From assembly GCA_946965045.2 (NCBI GenBank), contig OX337230.1, positions 3,720,001 through 3,784,000 on the forward strand: a stretch of 64,000 bases of DNA, given 5' to 3'. The stretch is from Epithemia pelagica (taxonomy: Eukaryota > Protista > Bacillariophyta). Within the stretch, counting starts at the first letter, position 1, and every line of letters starts with the position of its first letter. The position numbers and the translations under genes were made by a program. This document shows positions 1-12,510 of this stretch, in pieces. The notes beneath the pieces were generated by a model, which had not been told where the DNA came from, did no database searches, and worked only from the letters and a program-made list of their open reading frames with translations.

Positions 1-572
1 CCTATCCTTCGGTTCGAACTAGATACCAACCGACATGCGCGCGCGGCCAAACTCCAATACCTAGTACGTGGTGTTGCCGCATCCTCCCTCGTGACGACCA
101 GCACAACCTGTCCCATCAACGCCGTGTTGCCGCCATTTTTGGAATCGGCACGGTTGTGGTCCTGGTGACACACGAGTCCCACTATTTGGGACCCAACCAT
201 CAGGATGGCCCTTTGTGCAAGACTTGGAAAAAGCGCCAAAACCCATCAAGGATGACTTGAACAATGGCAACAGCAACGACGAAGATGACGGAAACGCTCA
301 GGCAGCCTTTGTGACAGTTCCCTGAGTGATGATATCCGAAAATTTGCTGTTTACAACATTGTCATGGGATTATTCGAACTTGTTGTTGTTTGGGTAATTG
401 GAGTTGAAGTCTTCTCACCAGACTGGCCGCATCGATGTGGGCTCTTTCTGGCAGGTGTAGTACTTTCATTCCGTGTGCCAATGGTCTTCCTTCCAAGTGA
501 CTATTTTATGGTAGGATTTCGCTTGACCGACGGAACTGGCATCACACCGGTCTGAATGATCTTGTTTGCTTT

Positions 573-1640
573 CTACACAGCCTCCTGTTCCAAACGAGAG
601 GAAGAGACTTCCGACTGGGATGACGTTGAGTCACTGGTAGAAGAATCCTCAGGCTCCCTGCTCGCCCGACGAATTTTGTGCCGCAAGGCTTTTATCCCTT
701 TCTCTACTTTTTCCCCGTCTTGATTATCCTTGCTCGTCAAAAAGGTTGCTTCTTCAAGGTACCTTTCGAGCACAAACATTACCTTTTTGAGATGTTTTTC
801 TGCTTTGCGTTCTACTTCGTTTCCGTCTGCATCAATCTCGGTAAGGCCTGGTAGTACGTCATCAATGTCTGAAGTATTTTCCATGATCGGCCGGAAACCA
901 TTGTTTTCACCGATCATGGAAAATACTGTAGACCTTGAAGACGTTTTATCGGTTCCGCCGGCTGGTAGACATTGGGTCTTTCCTAGAATTTTTTTTCATC
1001 TCTCTTTCGCTTCTTGGAGGATGTAGATTCGTTGGTATTCGCACCCCTGCTATTTTTTGTCGCTTCGGTGTGGTTCAAACCAGAGGAAAATGAGTTGGTG
1101 AGGTACGTTCAGAGTCTTCTCCATGACTTCACCCAGGACATACCAAATATTCTTTTTCATTGCCCACAGCTTTTCTTTTTTATCCCGCAATTGGTCTCTT
1201 TTCTGCAACATTTGGTTTTATTTTGCCAACGCCAAAACAATAACAGTGACGGGATAGGTGATGAATTAATTAAAGGTTTGATGGCCAGCAAACCTTTTTT
1301 CAATTGATCACTGATCCCGCCACTGTTGTCGTCGTCGCCGCTGGCGTTGAAAATCAGTCGGGCACGGTCATGGAATCTTCTGTGGTCGCCCAATTATGGT
1401 ATTGGTATCCTCTCCCTCCAGATTGATTTCCCCACCCGGCCAAATCTTTCTCCCACTTTCTTTCGTGACTTGAACTCTGACGGCAGAAAATCCACGAATT
1501 TTCTGGGAGCCTTGGGTATCTTGGCATCAATACCGAAATCACGTTTCTGTCGCTCGTTCAGTTGCTCCTTCCCAGCCATTCTTCTTTGCCCTCTGCTATT
1601 TTCTCTTCATCTCTCGTATCATCTGTGTCGCCAATAGTCC
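573..1640 (-). pseudogene. Fragmented coding-like sequence of unknown family
   Basis: Several protein-like pieces in changing frames (573-917, 1157-1393, 1394-1579), separated by stops and frameshifts. No recognisable motif. Confidence 0.25.
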
Positions 1641-1782
1641 ATGATATCGTGGGGTAGTTAGAGCGTCCGTGGCGTGACGGATTCTCCTTGGCAACGGCAT
1701 GTTCTTTCATCGCTTCCTCTGCCGAAGGCTCCTCCTCGTCATTAGACTCTTCTTCTTACGGTCATATATGTTTCCATCGTAC

Positions 1783-1905
1783 AAAGAGGGCAAAAGTGGC
1801 TGAGCGCTCAGCCAACCACCGTCCAATACATTTCGCGTGCAAGGCGTGCAGCTCCAAGACACGAATGCGGTCCCCCGCTTTGTTGTTATCCAGACATAAT
1901 GAGCA
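1783..1905 (-). pseudogene. Degenerate RING-H2 E3 ligase fragment
   Basis: Hand translation gives CSLCLDNNKAGDRIRVLELHALHAKCIGRWLAERSATFALF. This follows the RING-H2 pattern C-x2-C...GD.IRVLPC.H.FH..CI..WL...CPLC, but the third and last two Cys are lost. In-frame stops lie on both sides, followed by an acidic stretch (EEESNDEEEPS). Confidence 0.6.
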
Positions 1906-2822
1906 CATTGACAATTCCAAAGGTTGAGGCACCATCCATCATTGCGTGAACCACTGAAAATGAGGAAGAAAGAGCAACCACACGCACCCATTCAGGCTGC
2001 GAAAGAAATCCATAGTGCGGTTGACTGCTGTATGACCAAAGTACCAATCCTACCGTCCATCGATATTGGAATACCTCCGCTCTTCTAATACGACAAAGTG
2101 GTCGATTGCCACTGGAGCAAATCAAGTCGATATTGTTCTGTGTTTAAAGAGACATGCAAACATATGCGGTGGAACGAAAGTGTCACGTCGATTACCATGT
2201 CGCCTTTCCCCCCGTAACTCTTCATCTTCTTCCTCTCCATTTCGTCCTCATCCTCGTCCGCAATACCTCAAGGGAGTTCGATTCAGACATTCCTTCCAAA
2301 CGTCCTTCTTCCCTTCAGGAGCCTTTCGATCATCAAGGGGCCTTTAAGTCATCCTGGAAGGGTTCCAACGCTGTTCCCCCGTCTTGCACAGGAAGGCTTG
2401 TGTGTGTTCTCCATCCGGTACTATGTTCTTGTTGTCGTTGTTGTTCGGTTGTTCCTGCAGTATGTATCTTAAAACCTGGCCAGCACACATTACTCCCAAG
2501 CAGGGTCTACCCAGTCAGTCGCACTATTATGTACAGTCCTTTGTCAAGCCAACTTTTTTCCGACTGAGGCTTGCGGGACTCACTGTCCCCGCTGGGGGTA
2601 GGCCCCACACGCACGGCGGAAAGACCCCCCGCCTGAGTCGTGTTTCCGAGTCACGGGTCTGGACCGTTGGGCGAGAGAGAGAGGTGGATGGGTTGGTTTT
2701 GTCGTTTTGTCTCTTTTCACATTGCTTCTTGTTGTGGCGCATTGTTTCTTTCTCAACATATCGAGAGAGAGAGAGAGTTTCTCGCCTTTTGTGCTCAGAG
2801 ACGCTTGTTTTGTTTCTCGTTC

Positions 2823-2825
<3 letters not shown>

Positions 2826-2868
<43 letters not shown>
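2826..2868. repeat. (GA)n microsatellite in the CXIP4-like 5' region
   Basis: About 21 perfect GA units, seen directly. Confidence 0.95.
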
Positions 2869-2871
<3 letters not shown>

Positions 2872-2926
2872 CGTTATTTGTGGCACACAGACAGACACTA
2901 CAAACCAACCATTCCAAATCGTCACC

Positions 2927-4060
2927 ATGCCCGCCACGGCCGGTCGTGTGCGCATGCCGCATGACAATCGCTTGTCCGTGTCGGCCAGTTTGCAAACGAC
3001 GGGCATTTGGGCCACCACCATTGGTCACGATCCCTATGCGGGTGACGCCACAAATACTACTACAACCACCAAAACAACGGCCGAGCAAGAAGCGCAACAG
3101 GAACGAGCTCGGGAATTGGTCAAGCGTCAAAATGTCCAAGATGGTGTCGGTCGCGATGCCGAATCGAATGAATTTGCCCTCAAAGTCTATCACGGATTAA
3201 AGGGAACCAAGAAACGACGCCGGGGCGATCATGACCAGGCCGAGGTGAATGCCGTGGCCCAACACGAACGACAAGAACTGTTGAAATTGTTACAAGAAGA
3301 AACGAGTAGCAGTGAAGACGACGAAGAAGACAATGACGAAAAAGAACCACCAAGTCGACGAAAGGACCATCGTCGACAGCGGCATGAAACAGAGCGCCGT
3401 CGCAAGCGAAAATCCAAACATGGGAAACGAAAACGACGATCTTCCAGTGGGAGTAGTAGTAGTAGTTCGAGTGATGATGATGATTCTTCCTCCAGCAGTG
3501 ATGAGGATTCCGATTCCTCCTACGAACGACGACGACGTCGTCGTCGTCGTTACAAGAAGAGACGACGAGACCGACGACGACCACGAGATGACGACGACGA
3601 CAAGCGCAAACGACGACGTCGTTCCGAGGAGGAAGAACAAACGAATCGTAAACAGAGTCCACCACGTGAGGAGGACGAAGAGAGTACGACAAACGTGGCC
3701 GACGATGAGCAATCGATCCAGTCCAATCGTCGCACCAAAGAACGACGACGACGTCACCGGCACCGAGATCACAAGACGAGTCGTAAGCGGAGACGCAAGG
3801 ATCGCCGCAGCCGTCGTGACGACGACGACGATGACTCGGAGGATTCCAAAGGCGACAGTCGTCGCCGCCGTCGTCACCGAGACCACCAACGACGCTCCAA
3901 GGAGGAAACACACAAGAACAAGGGCAACGACAAGAAAAGAACGAAACCGATGGCTGACTTTTTGGAGGCATCCTCCTTTCAAGGTTCCAAACAGGGCTAC
4001 GTCTTTCAACAGGGATCCAAAGGGTTGGGCTACTATCGCGATCGAATGGGTGCCACGTAA
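2927..4060 (+). CDS. CXIP4: CAX-interacting protein 4-like Arg/Ser/Asp-rich protein
   Basis: Starts MPATAGRVRMPHDNRLSVSASLQTTGIWATTIGHDPY, matching the plant CXIP4 N-terminus as I recall it (MPATAGRVRMP.NNR..SSA.LQT.GIW.S.IG.DPY). Long R/S/D/K low-complexity region. ATG 2927 is in frame with ORF 2384..4060. Confidence 0.8.
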   Translation: MPATAGRVRMPHDNRLSVSASLQTTGIWATTIGHDPYAGDATNTTTTTKTTAEQEAQQERARELVKRQNVQDGVGRDAESNEFALKVYHGLKGTKKRRRGDHDQAEVNAVAQHERQELLKLLQEETSSSEDDEEDNDEKEPPSRRKDHRRQRHETERRRKRKSKHGKRKRRSSSGSSSSSSSDDDDSSSSSDEDSDSSYERRRRRRRRYKKRRRDRRRPRDDDDDKRKRRRRSEEEEQTNRKQSPPREEDEESTTNVADDEQSIQSNRRTKERRRRHRHRDHKTSRKRRRKDRRSRRDDDDDDSEDSKGDSRRRRRHRDHQRRSKEETHKNKGNDKKRTKPMADFLEASSFQGSKQGYVFQQGSKGLGYYRDRMGAT

Positions 4061-4515
4061 TTCTGAAGGAGCAATCCAATTCCTTGGCTGGAAACACACG
4101 AGTGAGACTGTAGAGTTTTTCGTTGGCGCATCGTTGGGGGAGTTTGCTTTTATTCTGACAGTACAGTGAACCTTGTTGGATTGTACCCAGAAGCACGAGC
4201 TATAACGCAGTGATTCATATACAATTTCACAGAGATGAGGAAAACTAGGAAGGGGGGAATGTGAATGGTTCTTTACCAAAGGATGGCCCATGATTTGCTA
4301 TAGAGATACAGAGCCAAGTGTTGGATGGTGATGGGATGTGGGTGACTGGAATTGCGAGCCAGAGTTTGGCTGCAAGCATATACTCGAATCCATATTTGAA
4401 TGTTCCGTAGGAGAGGGATGTTCTCCTATGTTGACGGGTAGTAAGTTGACGGGAGAGAAGTTGATGCTTGAGGGTCGTGGTTGCTTTGGCGGCTAAAGCT
4501 ATATCTGCCATTGCT

Positions 4516-5266
4516 CTAAGCCGGAGCGACTTGCTTCAATGTCGCAATTCGGAACAGATCTCGGGTGGATAGAGAGCGTCGAGACTGCGACCTTTGAGGT
4601 GCAATCGAATTCCTTCGGACTCGACTGGTTGTTTCTACGGCGGTGTTGCTTGCTGCTGTGGGGCTTTTGGAAAAGAGCCGTGGTGCCGAAGAACGTCGTT
4701 CCATGACACCAGACTTGGTGGCCTTGATCAGTACCTTGCGGAAGGTATCAAATCGACCACTTTTCTTGAGGTTGGTTTCGCGGCTCTTTTGGATTGTTTC
4801 GGCAGCTATCGACTCGCGAAGAATGTCGCTCAAGGTATACCCGGAACGTAACAATCTGTCAGAAAGGACCATATGAAAAAGAGGTGTTTGTTAGTGGATG
4901 GTATCCAAAAGTGCCTAACGGTTTTCGGGTCGACGTGCGTTCCACTTACATTTTACTGCGGTCGCCCTTGGAGAGTCGAAGACTGGACTTGGATCGGGAA
5001 GGACTTTGTTTTCGGATGAATTCGACATTATCGACCCGTGCGGTAGAATGAGAAGTAGCTTTCCAGTCCATTGTGACGGGTGGTCCCGACGAGACACTTG
5101 GATTGTCACCCAAAATCATGGGAAAGGAATGAAGGACGACGGAACCCCATTGAAATCGCTTCAAGCCTCGGCGCTCGGTGCGGACGGTTTCTTTGCTGGT
5201 CAGGAGCTTTGGATCGTCAGCCGAACATTCGCTGCTGGTTTCATCTTGTTCCATTCGCTTTACCAT
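4516..5266 (-). CDS. Diatom-type hypothetical protein (GDNPSVSSGPP motif), 2 exons
   Basis: Exons 5266-4950 and 4855-4516 are joined by a 94-bp GTAAGT...CTGACAG intron into 219 codons. Motif FQWGSVVLHSFPMILGDNPSVSSGPPVTMDW is typical of an expanded diatom hypothetical family. Confidence 0.7.
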
Positions 5267-7259
5267 CTTGAGAGAGTTTATGTTGTCGGGTTTGTGGTGT
5301 GCTATTTTTTATGTCAAGAGGGAAATAGGGTCAACTGGAGGATGACTAATTTGTGATCAAATCATACGAGTTCGGTTTGTGCGGCTCGAGAGTTCCGGCA
5401 GCGTAGATAAGGAACGAACAGTTATGTACAATTTGAGGACGCTGTCTTCCCACTGTTTTGTGTGATCTTGGGCGTGCGGCAGACGCTGCGTCGATGAGCG
5501 AAACTCCATTTATTTCTGGCATGCGTATGGAATTCACTACGAGCTCGTACACAATCACCATGTAATATTATAGCTCTATCGTCTTTCTCATTTCGTAGGT
5601 AGAATGAGTAATGCGAGATGAGAGAAAGCCGTTGACAAAATCTAGTCGGAGGTTAGAATAAAGAATGGAGATCGTTTTTATTGTGCTTCACCAATAGGCT
5701 TGTAAGTGACACGCATCAAACTTTCTAAACACTCCGTATTTAAGAGAGTCACTCTATAGTGTGAATTCCCTACTGACATTAGATCTCATTCTCGTAAACT
5801 TTTGTCCATCTTGTTGTCTATCAGCTCGTGATAATCCGCTAACTTTCGTGGTTTGGGAGAGTGCTACGAATGATGAGAACTGTACCCCCAATTAGTACTG
5901 CGTTGAAAGTCCACCCCTCTTGGTGGTTCCATCATCATGCCTTATATATCGAGAGAGAAGAGCAGGGGGAGGTCCCCCATACCCAATATTTCATCCTCGT
6001 TAAAAGGTCGGTTCTCTTTTCAATGCCCCCTTTTCCCCTATCACAACCACAAGGATAATGCACAGATATCCCCCACGCCCTGCCAGATTTATAAGAGCTA
6101 TTCAAATATCTCTCTATGCGAGTGTATTGGTGTATTCGGGGAAATCGTATAGCGCTCTGGCGACGATCGGAAAAATCGGAAACACACAATGGGAGACGCT
6201 CAGTCTCAGTTACTTCCATCGGGCGAACAGCTACTGCTGCTGCTTCTCTTTTGGTCAGTCTTACTGTCCATCTTCGATCAAAGAAGGATATCATCGCGAG
6301 TCGCTTAAGTACCTTATATAGGAGAGTACCTCCATCGTCCTCTCAATCCATCAGGACGTGGTACCCTCTAACTTTTTTGTTTTGAATTAGTTGTTATAGA
6401 GGCCAGCGTTTGAAAAATACACATTTCCGAGGCACGAAACTTGATTTACTCTCGACCACGCATAAGACGCAAGGTGGAAATATGTCACACGGTTTGGTCG
6501 ACACAAGAATGTTTTCTCTGCTTCTCGTTCATGGCAAAAGTAAGTGGGTGCTCCTGGCACTTACTTTGCTTTCGACAAAATGCAATGAACCATAACAGAA
6601 TTAGAACGCTCTCCTATTTGTTCCTATCGTGTGTCTGCTGCAGTATCCGTTGGAGTATGTTGGCCATTGTTAGCAGGACGACAATCAACCTACAACTACT
6701 AGGAGTACCAGTCTGACTTTTGCATGGCTAGCCAACGGCTGCTATCGGTAGCCCCGTGAGAGAAAAAGACGATCCAAACGCGACCTCCAACGCACATAGG
6801 TAGCTTTTCTGTTGCATGACCTCAGCGCGTCCAACGTCAACAACCCTCAAGTTGCGCAACCCGTTGAACAATTAAGACTGATTCCATCGTCACCAGGGAT
6901 ATTTGAAAAATCCACTTTTCGAGAAATCAAGCTTGAAAGTTTTGTGCGGTACGCGCGCTATATACCCCTATTGTCATTCACGTGCGCGACTGCAGTACCG
7001 TTTTTACGTACCTCTTAGCACATCTCACATTAGGGTTTTGAATACTAAAATTTTGCCGGCCATACTTTAGTCCAATATTTCAAAGTGTATATCTTAATTT
7101 GGCGAGGCATATATTGAACCAATCGAAAGAGCATTCAAAGACGAGTTGATCTATGTAACGAACTCAAATTGGAACCCCTCTGAAATATCCCAGCCCACAA
7201 TGGAAACAGTCTTAATTATTTGATTGGTCGCCATCCACAACAGCATCGCGTCCACGACC

Positions 7260-9068
7260 ATGGCGGCGACAACGAGACTTCGGCAACCGCTGCAATTGGC
7301 CGTGGCGTCCGCATCGGTCGCCGTGGTCGTTCTTTATCGAGTGATTTTGTGGAGAGCACGAACCCGAGCCAAAAAGACGGTCGATCGAATGGAGGAAATT
7401 CTGCAAGACGGAGGACCCTTGGTACGTAGTATGTATCGACGCAAGAATGCGATTCCACCTCGACGTATTTGGTAGGAAGCTGACCTTGTTGCATTGATCC
7501 GTGTCTCATGTTCGATTTTGGTTCTTCCTTGGTGTTGTCGGACGTCTCAGATTGACATTCATGATGCATCGGTTCGAAACCGCATTTTGGGACGAGCGAT
7601 TCGCCGTGCCTCGAATTGGATGACGCTTGCCAACACACGAAAAGCACAGCCCATGATTGGTCAGGTAGGCGGAGCTTCGGTTCACAAGAAACCGTTGCTG
7701 ACCTTATCTCCCGACTATGTGCTCAAACCGGTCTTGACGGATCACCGTGGCATCCGAGAGATTGCCTTTTACGAGGCCATGATGGAAGCTGTCAATATTG
7801 CCAACAATCATCATCGACAACATAGTCGTCAACAAGCATATGCAAACTTTTTGAGAGGAGCCACGGTATCTCATCGAAACAACACAACAACTCTGTTTTT
7901 TCGGGTACGAGAAATGCTGGACATTTTGGCCTTGGCCTTTGCCATGGTACTCAAAGACGACTATGTGGTGGCTTCGGAATTAGCCGTCGAGGCTTCCTGG
8001 CGAACGATCAAACGCGAGGTGGAACTCTTGCGCACTCTGAGCAAGTTTACTCCCCCCTATTATGGGATCGTCGGACTCCCGAGTCCGTCGATCGAACAGC
8101 CGTTTGGCGTCACACCGGACACGCATTTGTTGCTGCATGACTTGACGTGCAACTTTTCGCAACCAGTCGTCATGGACTTGAAAATGGGCACCCAATCTTT
8201 TGAACCCGATGCGCCACTGGAAAAACAAACCAAGGAGGCGAGCAAGTATGCCCAACAAGAAACCTTTGGCTTTCGCATTGTGGGCATGCGCATCTATCAA
8301 CCCGATCATGCACAAGCCGATGAATCGGGGTATCGGTTCTTTGGCAAGCATTATGGTCGAAGCTTGGAATCACGGGAACAAGTCAAGGAAGCGCTCCGAA
8401 TTTACTTTGGAGCCGGAATTGACTCGACGGAATCTTGCTTCGACGAAACACTAGCTGGTTCCAAGGAGTCTGACACCACCAATGGCAGTTCCCAGGAAAG
8501 GCTCAATGGCACATATCCGAACGGCACAACGAATGGACAGCACCACAAGTTCACACAGTCGTCCGACCCCGTCAATGGCACACGACCACGAACGTACCAA
8601 AAGAAGAATAGCATGGGAGTCCGATTGCGGGCCAAATCGGTATCCAACATGTTGGTTCAATTGCGACTGATTCGTCGTTGGTTTGAGGATCACAACAAGG
8701 GACTCTTGTTTTGTGCCAGTTCCTTGTTGTGGATTTACGAAGGACAATTGTCCTGTCAAGCGCCGGATGTCACGACCCTCAAAATGATTGATTTTGGCCG
8801 GGTGCGCCGCAGTCATTCTCCGGCGGCTAATACTGCCTTGTCATCTGCTGGCTCTCGTTCCAACAATCCTCATTCTCATCATTCGCACAAGCACTTGTCC
8901 CCTTCACAAGTGGGGGACCCTGGATACTTGCAGGGACTCCAAACGCTGCAAGAGTTGCTGATTGAACTCATTCAAGAAGTCCGAGCCGAAGAAGAAGCAG
9001 AAGAGGGACTCGAAAGCATGGATTTGGACTCGTCGAGACATTCGACATTTGACATGAAGACCAGATAG
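7260..9068 (+). CDS. Inositol polyphosphate kinase (IPK superfamily, IPMK/IP6K-like) with N-terminal hydrophobic segment, 2 exons
   Basis: Motifs QVGG, E..FYE, PVVMDLKMG (PxxxDxKxG), SSLL and MIDFG. Exon 1 is 7260-7421, then a phase-0 intron 7422-7550 (GTACGT...TCTCAG), and exon 2 is 7551-9068. Confidence 0.9.
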
Positions 9069-9597
9069 TACCAACAGCAATGTGTGCGACGGATTCCATT
9101 CACTCGGTTTGTGGAGGTAGGAGTGGTGGTACTCTCTGTGGATACTGCCTTGGAGCCGTTTGGGAACTCTTCCCGAATGGCGCGTCCTGGAATGTCCTGT
9201 TGCATCGACGAAGACCATTGCGCGCACCCAGTCCCAGACCTTGACTCACGCGAGTCTATACAAGCTGTCGTCATTCGTCATTGCCATGGATGAACCATGG
9301 GACAAAAAGACGCTCTCTCAGTTGACGCCACTGGGGCACTTGTGTGTAATCTCCTGCTATGCTATTGTATGTGTAAACTCTCAAGTTGTGGTAGTAACGA
9401 GTTTTGTTCCTGGTCTAGCGTCATGTTATTGGTCCAGTCATGACTTTCATTTCTCAACGAAACGTTATGAGATGATGGTCTAGAAAGTTAATACTTGGCA
9501 AAAGATGTCAAGTCACTGCTTTTCTAGACTCCATAACCACAACTACTTACAGAGTAAAACAACCTAGGTAGTATACTTTCCCCTCCATGCCATGCGT

Positions 9598-10803
9598 CTA
9601 CATTTCTTCGTCTTCGGGTTCCTCCTGTGCCTCGTCCTCAATGCCTTCGTACATGCTGGGATCGGGTTCTTCATCCATCATTTCGGCACAAAAATGAATG
9701 ACTTGTTTGCGTCCCACTTCCAAGGCGGCCCGTGGTCCCATGGAATAAAACCACGTATGAGCGTCCACCGCCTCGCCGCCGTGATTGGCCTGAAACAGGG
9801 CCACCAATTGTTCATTGTCCTTGGCCAGCCAGAGATAGTCCATGTGGACAAACTTTTGCAGCAATTGGTCCACATTGGGCGATTCCCCGGCGGCCAGTCC
9901 CGTGGCAAAACTCATGGCACTCGCAGTGCCGCCACTACTACTGCTTTTTCCCGACGTTCGATCGGGCGGTTGTCCACTGATATTGTCATCCACCTTGTGC
10001 AAGAGGGCGTACAAGTCTGTTTCAGCCAACCACCGTGTTCCATCGGACCGCGGTTCGCCCTGACAAAAAATGAGGCCCAGAACAATCATGAGCAAGCCTT
10101 TTTCCATGACACCTTGGGGTGAGACGGCATGCATTTCGCGACTGTGGGTGCCTTCCGGATCTAATAGCGCCACATTCAAGAGATAATAGCGATCCTTGTA
10201 CCGTTTGGGACAGTCCTTGATATCTTGCAGATAGGCGGGCATGGCCACGAGCTTGAATCCAAAAATATCGTCGAGGCGATCCTTGACTTCACTGAAAATG
10301 GCCGAGGAAAAGCGCGTCCCTTGCAGTCCAGCTTCAGTCAGGATTTTGGAACGATCAATCGGTTCACGAGCAAGGCCTTTAAACAAGACCAGTTGCAGGA
10401 CATCGCTAATGGACTTTTCTCGGGCATCGTGTCCCAATCGATTCAAATTGTTGCGATCGCCGGCTCGAACAGGCGCAATTTCTTGGGACAATTCCGGAAC
10501 TTGCGAGGAAAACATCATTTCCTGGTCTTGCGAATCGGCGCCACCATTGTTGTCATCGTCTTCTTCTTCCAATTCTTCGACTGTAACGCCTTCGTCTTCT
10601 TCGTCTTCAATGGCACTTTGTCGTCTGCGACCTTGACGGCTACTGCTGGACCGACTACGACGACGACGGGTCGTCGGAGGAGGGGATGCGTCTTCTTCGT
10701 CTTCTTCTTCCAGGTCTGCTTCTTCTGCTTCCTGCTGTGAGAAGGTAACTTCCTCCTCTTCCTCTTCGATTACTTGACGAGAACGACGTTTGGCTCGAGG
10801 CAT
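9598..10803 (-). CDS. NSE3: MAGE-domain protein, Smc5/6 subunit NSE3-like
   Basis: Acidic N-terminus followed by MAGE homology blocks: LVLFK...PIDRSKI, DIFGFKLV, GLLMIVLGLIF, FVHMDYL, YSMGPRAALEV. Confidence 0.85.
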   Translation of the reverse strand: MPRAKRRSRQVIEEEEEEVTFSQQEAEEADLEEEDEEDASPPPTTRRRRSRSSSSRQGRRRQSAIEDEEDEGVTVEELEEEDDDNNGGADSQDQEMMFSSQVPELSQEIAPVRAGDRNNLNRLGHDAREKSISDVLQLVLFKGLAREPIDRSKILTEAGLQGTRFSSAIFSEVKDRLDDIFGFKLVAMPAYLQDIKDCPKRYKDRYYLLNVALLDPEGTHSREMHAVSPQGVMEKGLLMIVLGLIFCQGEPRSDGTRWLAETDLYALLHKVDDNISGQPPDRTSGKSSSSGGTASAMSFATGLAAGESPNVDQLLQKFVHMDYLWLAKDNEQLVALFQANHGGEAVDAHTWFYSMGPRAALEVGRKQVIHFCAEMMDEEPDPSMYEGIEDEAQEEPEDEEM

Positions 10804-11636
10804 GATGATGAATCAATTCGTTTGATCAACGACAACAAGTTCCTTTTCCTTGCACCACGATGGTGTCGTGTTGTTGGAAGCAAAAAGCTGAAGCCATGGG
10901 ATGAGCACAAGAAGAAAGACCCGCGCTCCTGAAGGGATGGCCGGGCGCGCGAGTTTGGGCGCGTGAACATGTCACCGCATTTGAGTCGCTCATAGTGTTT
11001 CGATTCCCACGTAGCTTGCATAGCTATTAGATGTGTAGCATCGATCATGGTTTTCTTGATGAGGAGGCAGTCAATGCTTGACCATGGCTTGTCCCTAGTC
11101 TCTAGTAGACTCCCCACCAATTCGATCATCTTGTCGCCAGGAACATGTCGATATACTGGGATAGTGCGTGAGGAACCACCGGTGTTTGTTTTTCAAATTC
11201 GGCCACTGCCCGTCTCTCTACCATAGGTACAGCTTGGCTGCAATCTCCAACAGACTCTCCTACCTAGATAGCTATCATCAGCTCTTCCAAGTACTACTAC
11301 AAGCACAGGCACAAAGTAACAACGTCCAACAGGGGGCACAGTCTCTAGGGTTCCGTTTATATGCTATTCCATGCGTTACTCACATTGACCGTCACCATCC
11401 CTGATACACACACACTCACACTTTCTCTCTCGTTTGGATGCCCACTTTTCAACATTCGGTGTTCCGAACGGCAAAAGTCTGCAGTTTGATTTTTCGTTTT
11501 CGTTCAATTCATACACATATTTTCTAACGTTCGTTGGGGGTGTCCACACACACAGCGGTACGGTCACGGGGTCCACCCCAGTGCCTCCTCCGTCCATGCA
11601 TGATGATTCGTACACACACACACCCATTGACCAACC

Positions 11637-12510
11637 TTAGGCGGCGTCGGTCGATCCCATCAAGACACGTTGAACCTTGGCCATCCAGGAGGAGTCTTCT
11701 TCTTCGTTCGACGAGTCCTGGGTAGCCGCAGCAGACGATGACGCATGGACTCCATTGGGAGGCAATTCAATGACACAGTCGGTCGCATCTTGAAAGGCTT
11801 CAAAGCCACTTTCTTGCAAGGCGGTACACCAAGCATTGGCCCAGGCTGGATCCGACTTGTGGTGGTGCTTGTCGTGGTGATGGTTTTCGAGCAATATGGC
11901 CTCCTCGACCGCCTTGGGAAAATTGTCATCGTCGTCCGGACACAAGGTACAACCCCACTGCACATAGTACAGCAAATGGTCTGTCATTGTCGTTGGTTGT
12001 GGATATAGTGATGTGGTCCAACCAACGAGCGAGAGAAAGAGGCAAAACAGAGGAAATCGCGCGCAAGTGTCAGAAACCCCCATGGCGTTCCGTCTCGTCT
12101 GTAGAATAGAATCGATACTACGTACAATGGTTGTGGCCCATTTGTTGAAGCATTCGTCCCTCTTCGACTTCAATTTCATCCAGGTAGGCATATTTGGAAT
12201 GAAAGGAATGTTGGGGACTGGTTTCATCAAAGGTAAATTTGACAGCGGCCGTCATGTACTCCAATTCGGCATCCGTCAATTCGGTAGGATCCATGGGAAG
12301 GGAGGCATGAATGTCCACTTGTTCAAATCCCGAACTTTCGTCCAAATAATCATGGGGCTTGACTTGGTGAAAGGATGCAGGAAGAGGCACCTTGGTCCAT
12401 GTGGAGGGCGACGGGTGGTCCTCCTTCTGGTCGGTGGTGGTGGTGGCACGAAGGGTCTGACCGGAAGCAAGGGACAAAAGGGTAGGAACAAGGGCAAGGA
12501 TGGTCTTCAT
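11637..12510 (-). CDS. Secreted hypothetical protein (WGCTLCPDDD motif), 2 exons
   Basis: Signal peptide MKTILALVPTLLSLASG. Exons 12510-12126 and 11980-11637 are joined by a 145-bp GTACGT...TGACAG phase-1 intron into 243 codons. Confidence 0.75.

Noticed and set aside
2384-2926. N-terminal extension of the 558-aa ORF
   Set aside because: It reads through the GA microsatellite and UTR-like sequence. Homology starts exactly at ATG 2927.
5752-5768. CTCTATAGTGT resembling an SP6 promoter or vector sequence
   Set aside because: The match is about 10 nt and does not continue into CACCTAAAT; expected by chance.
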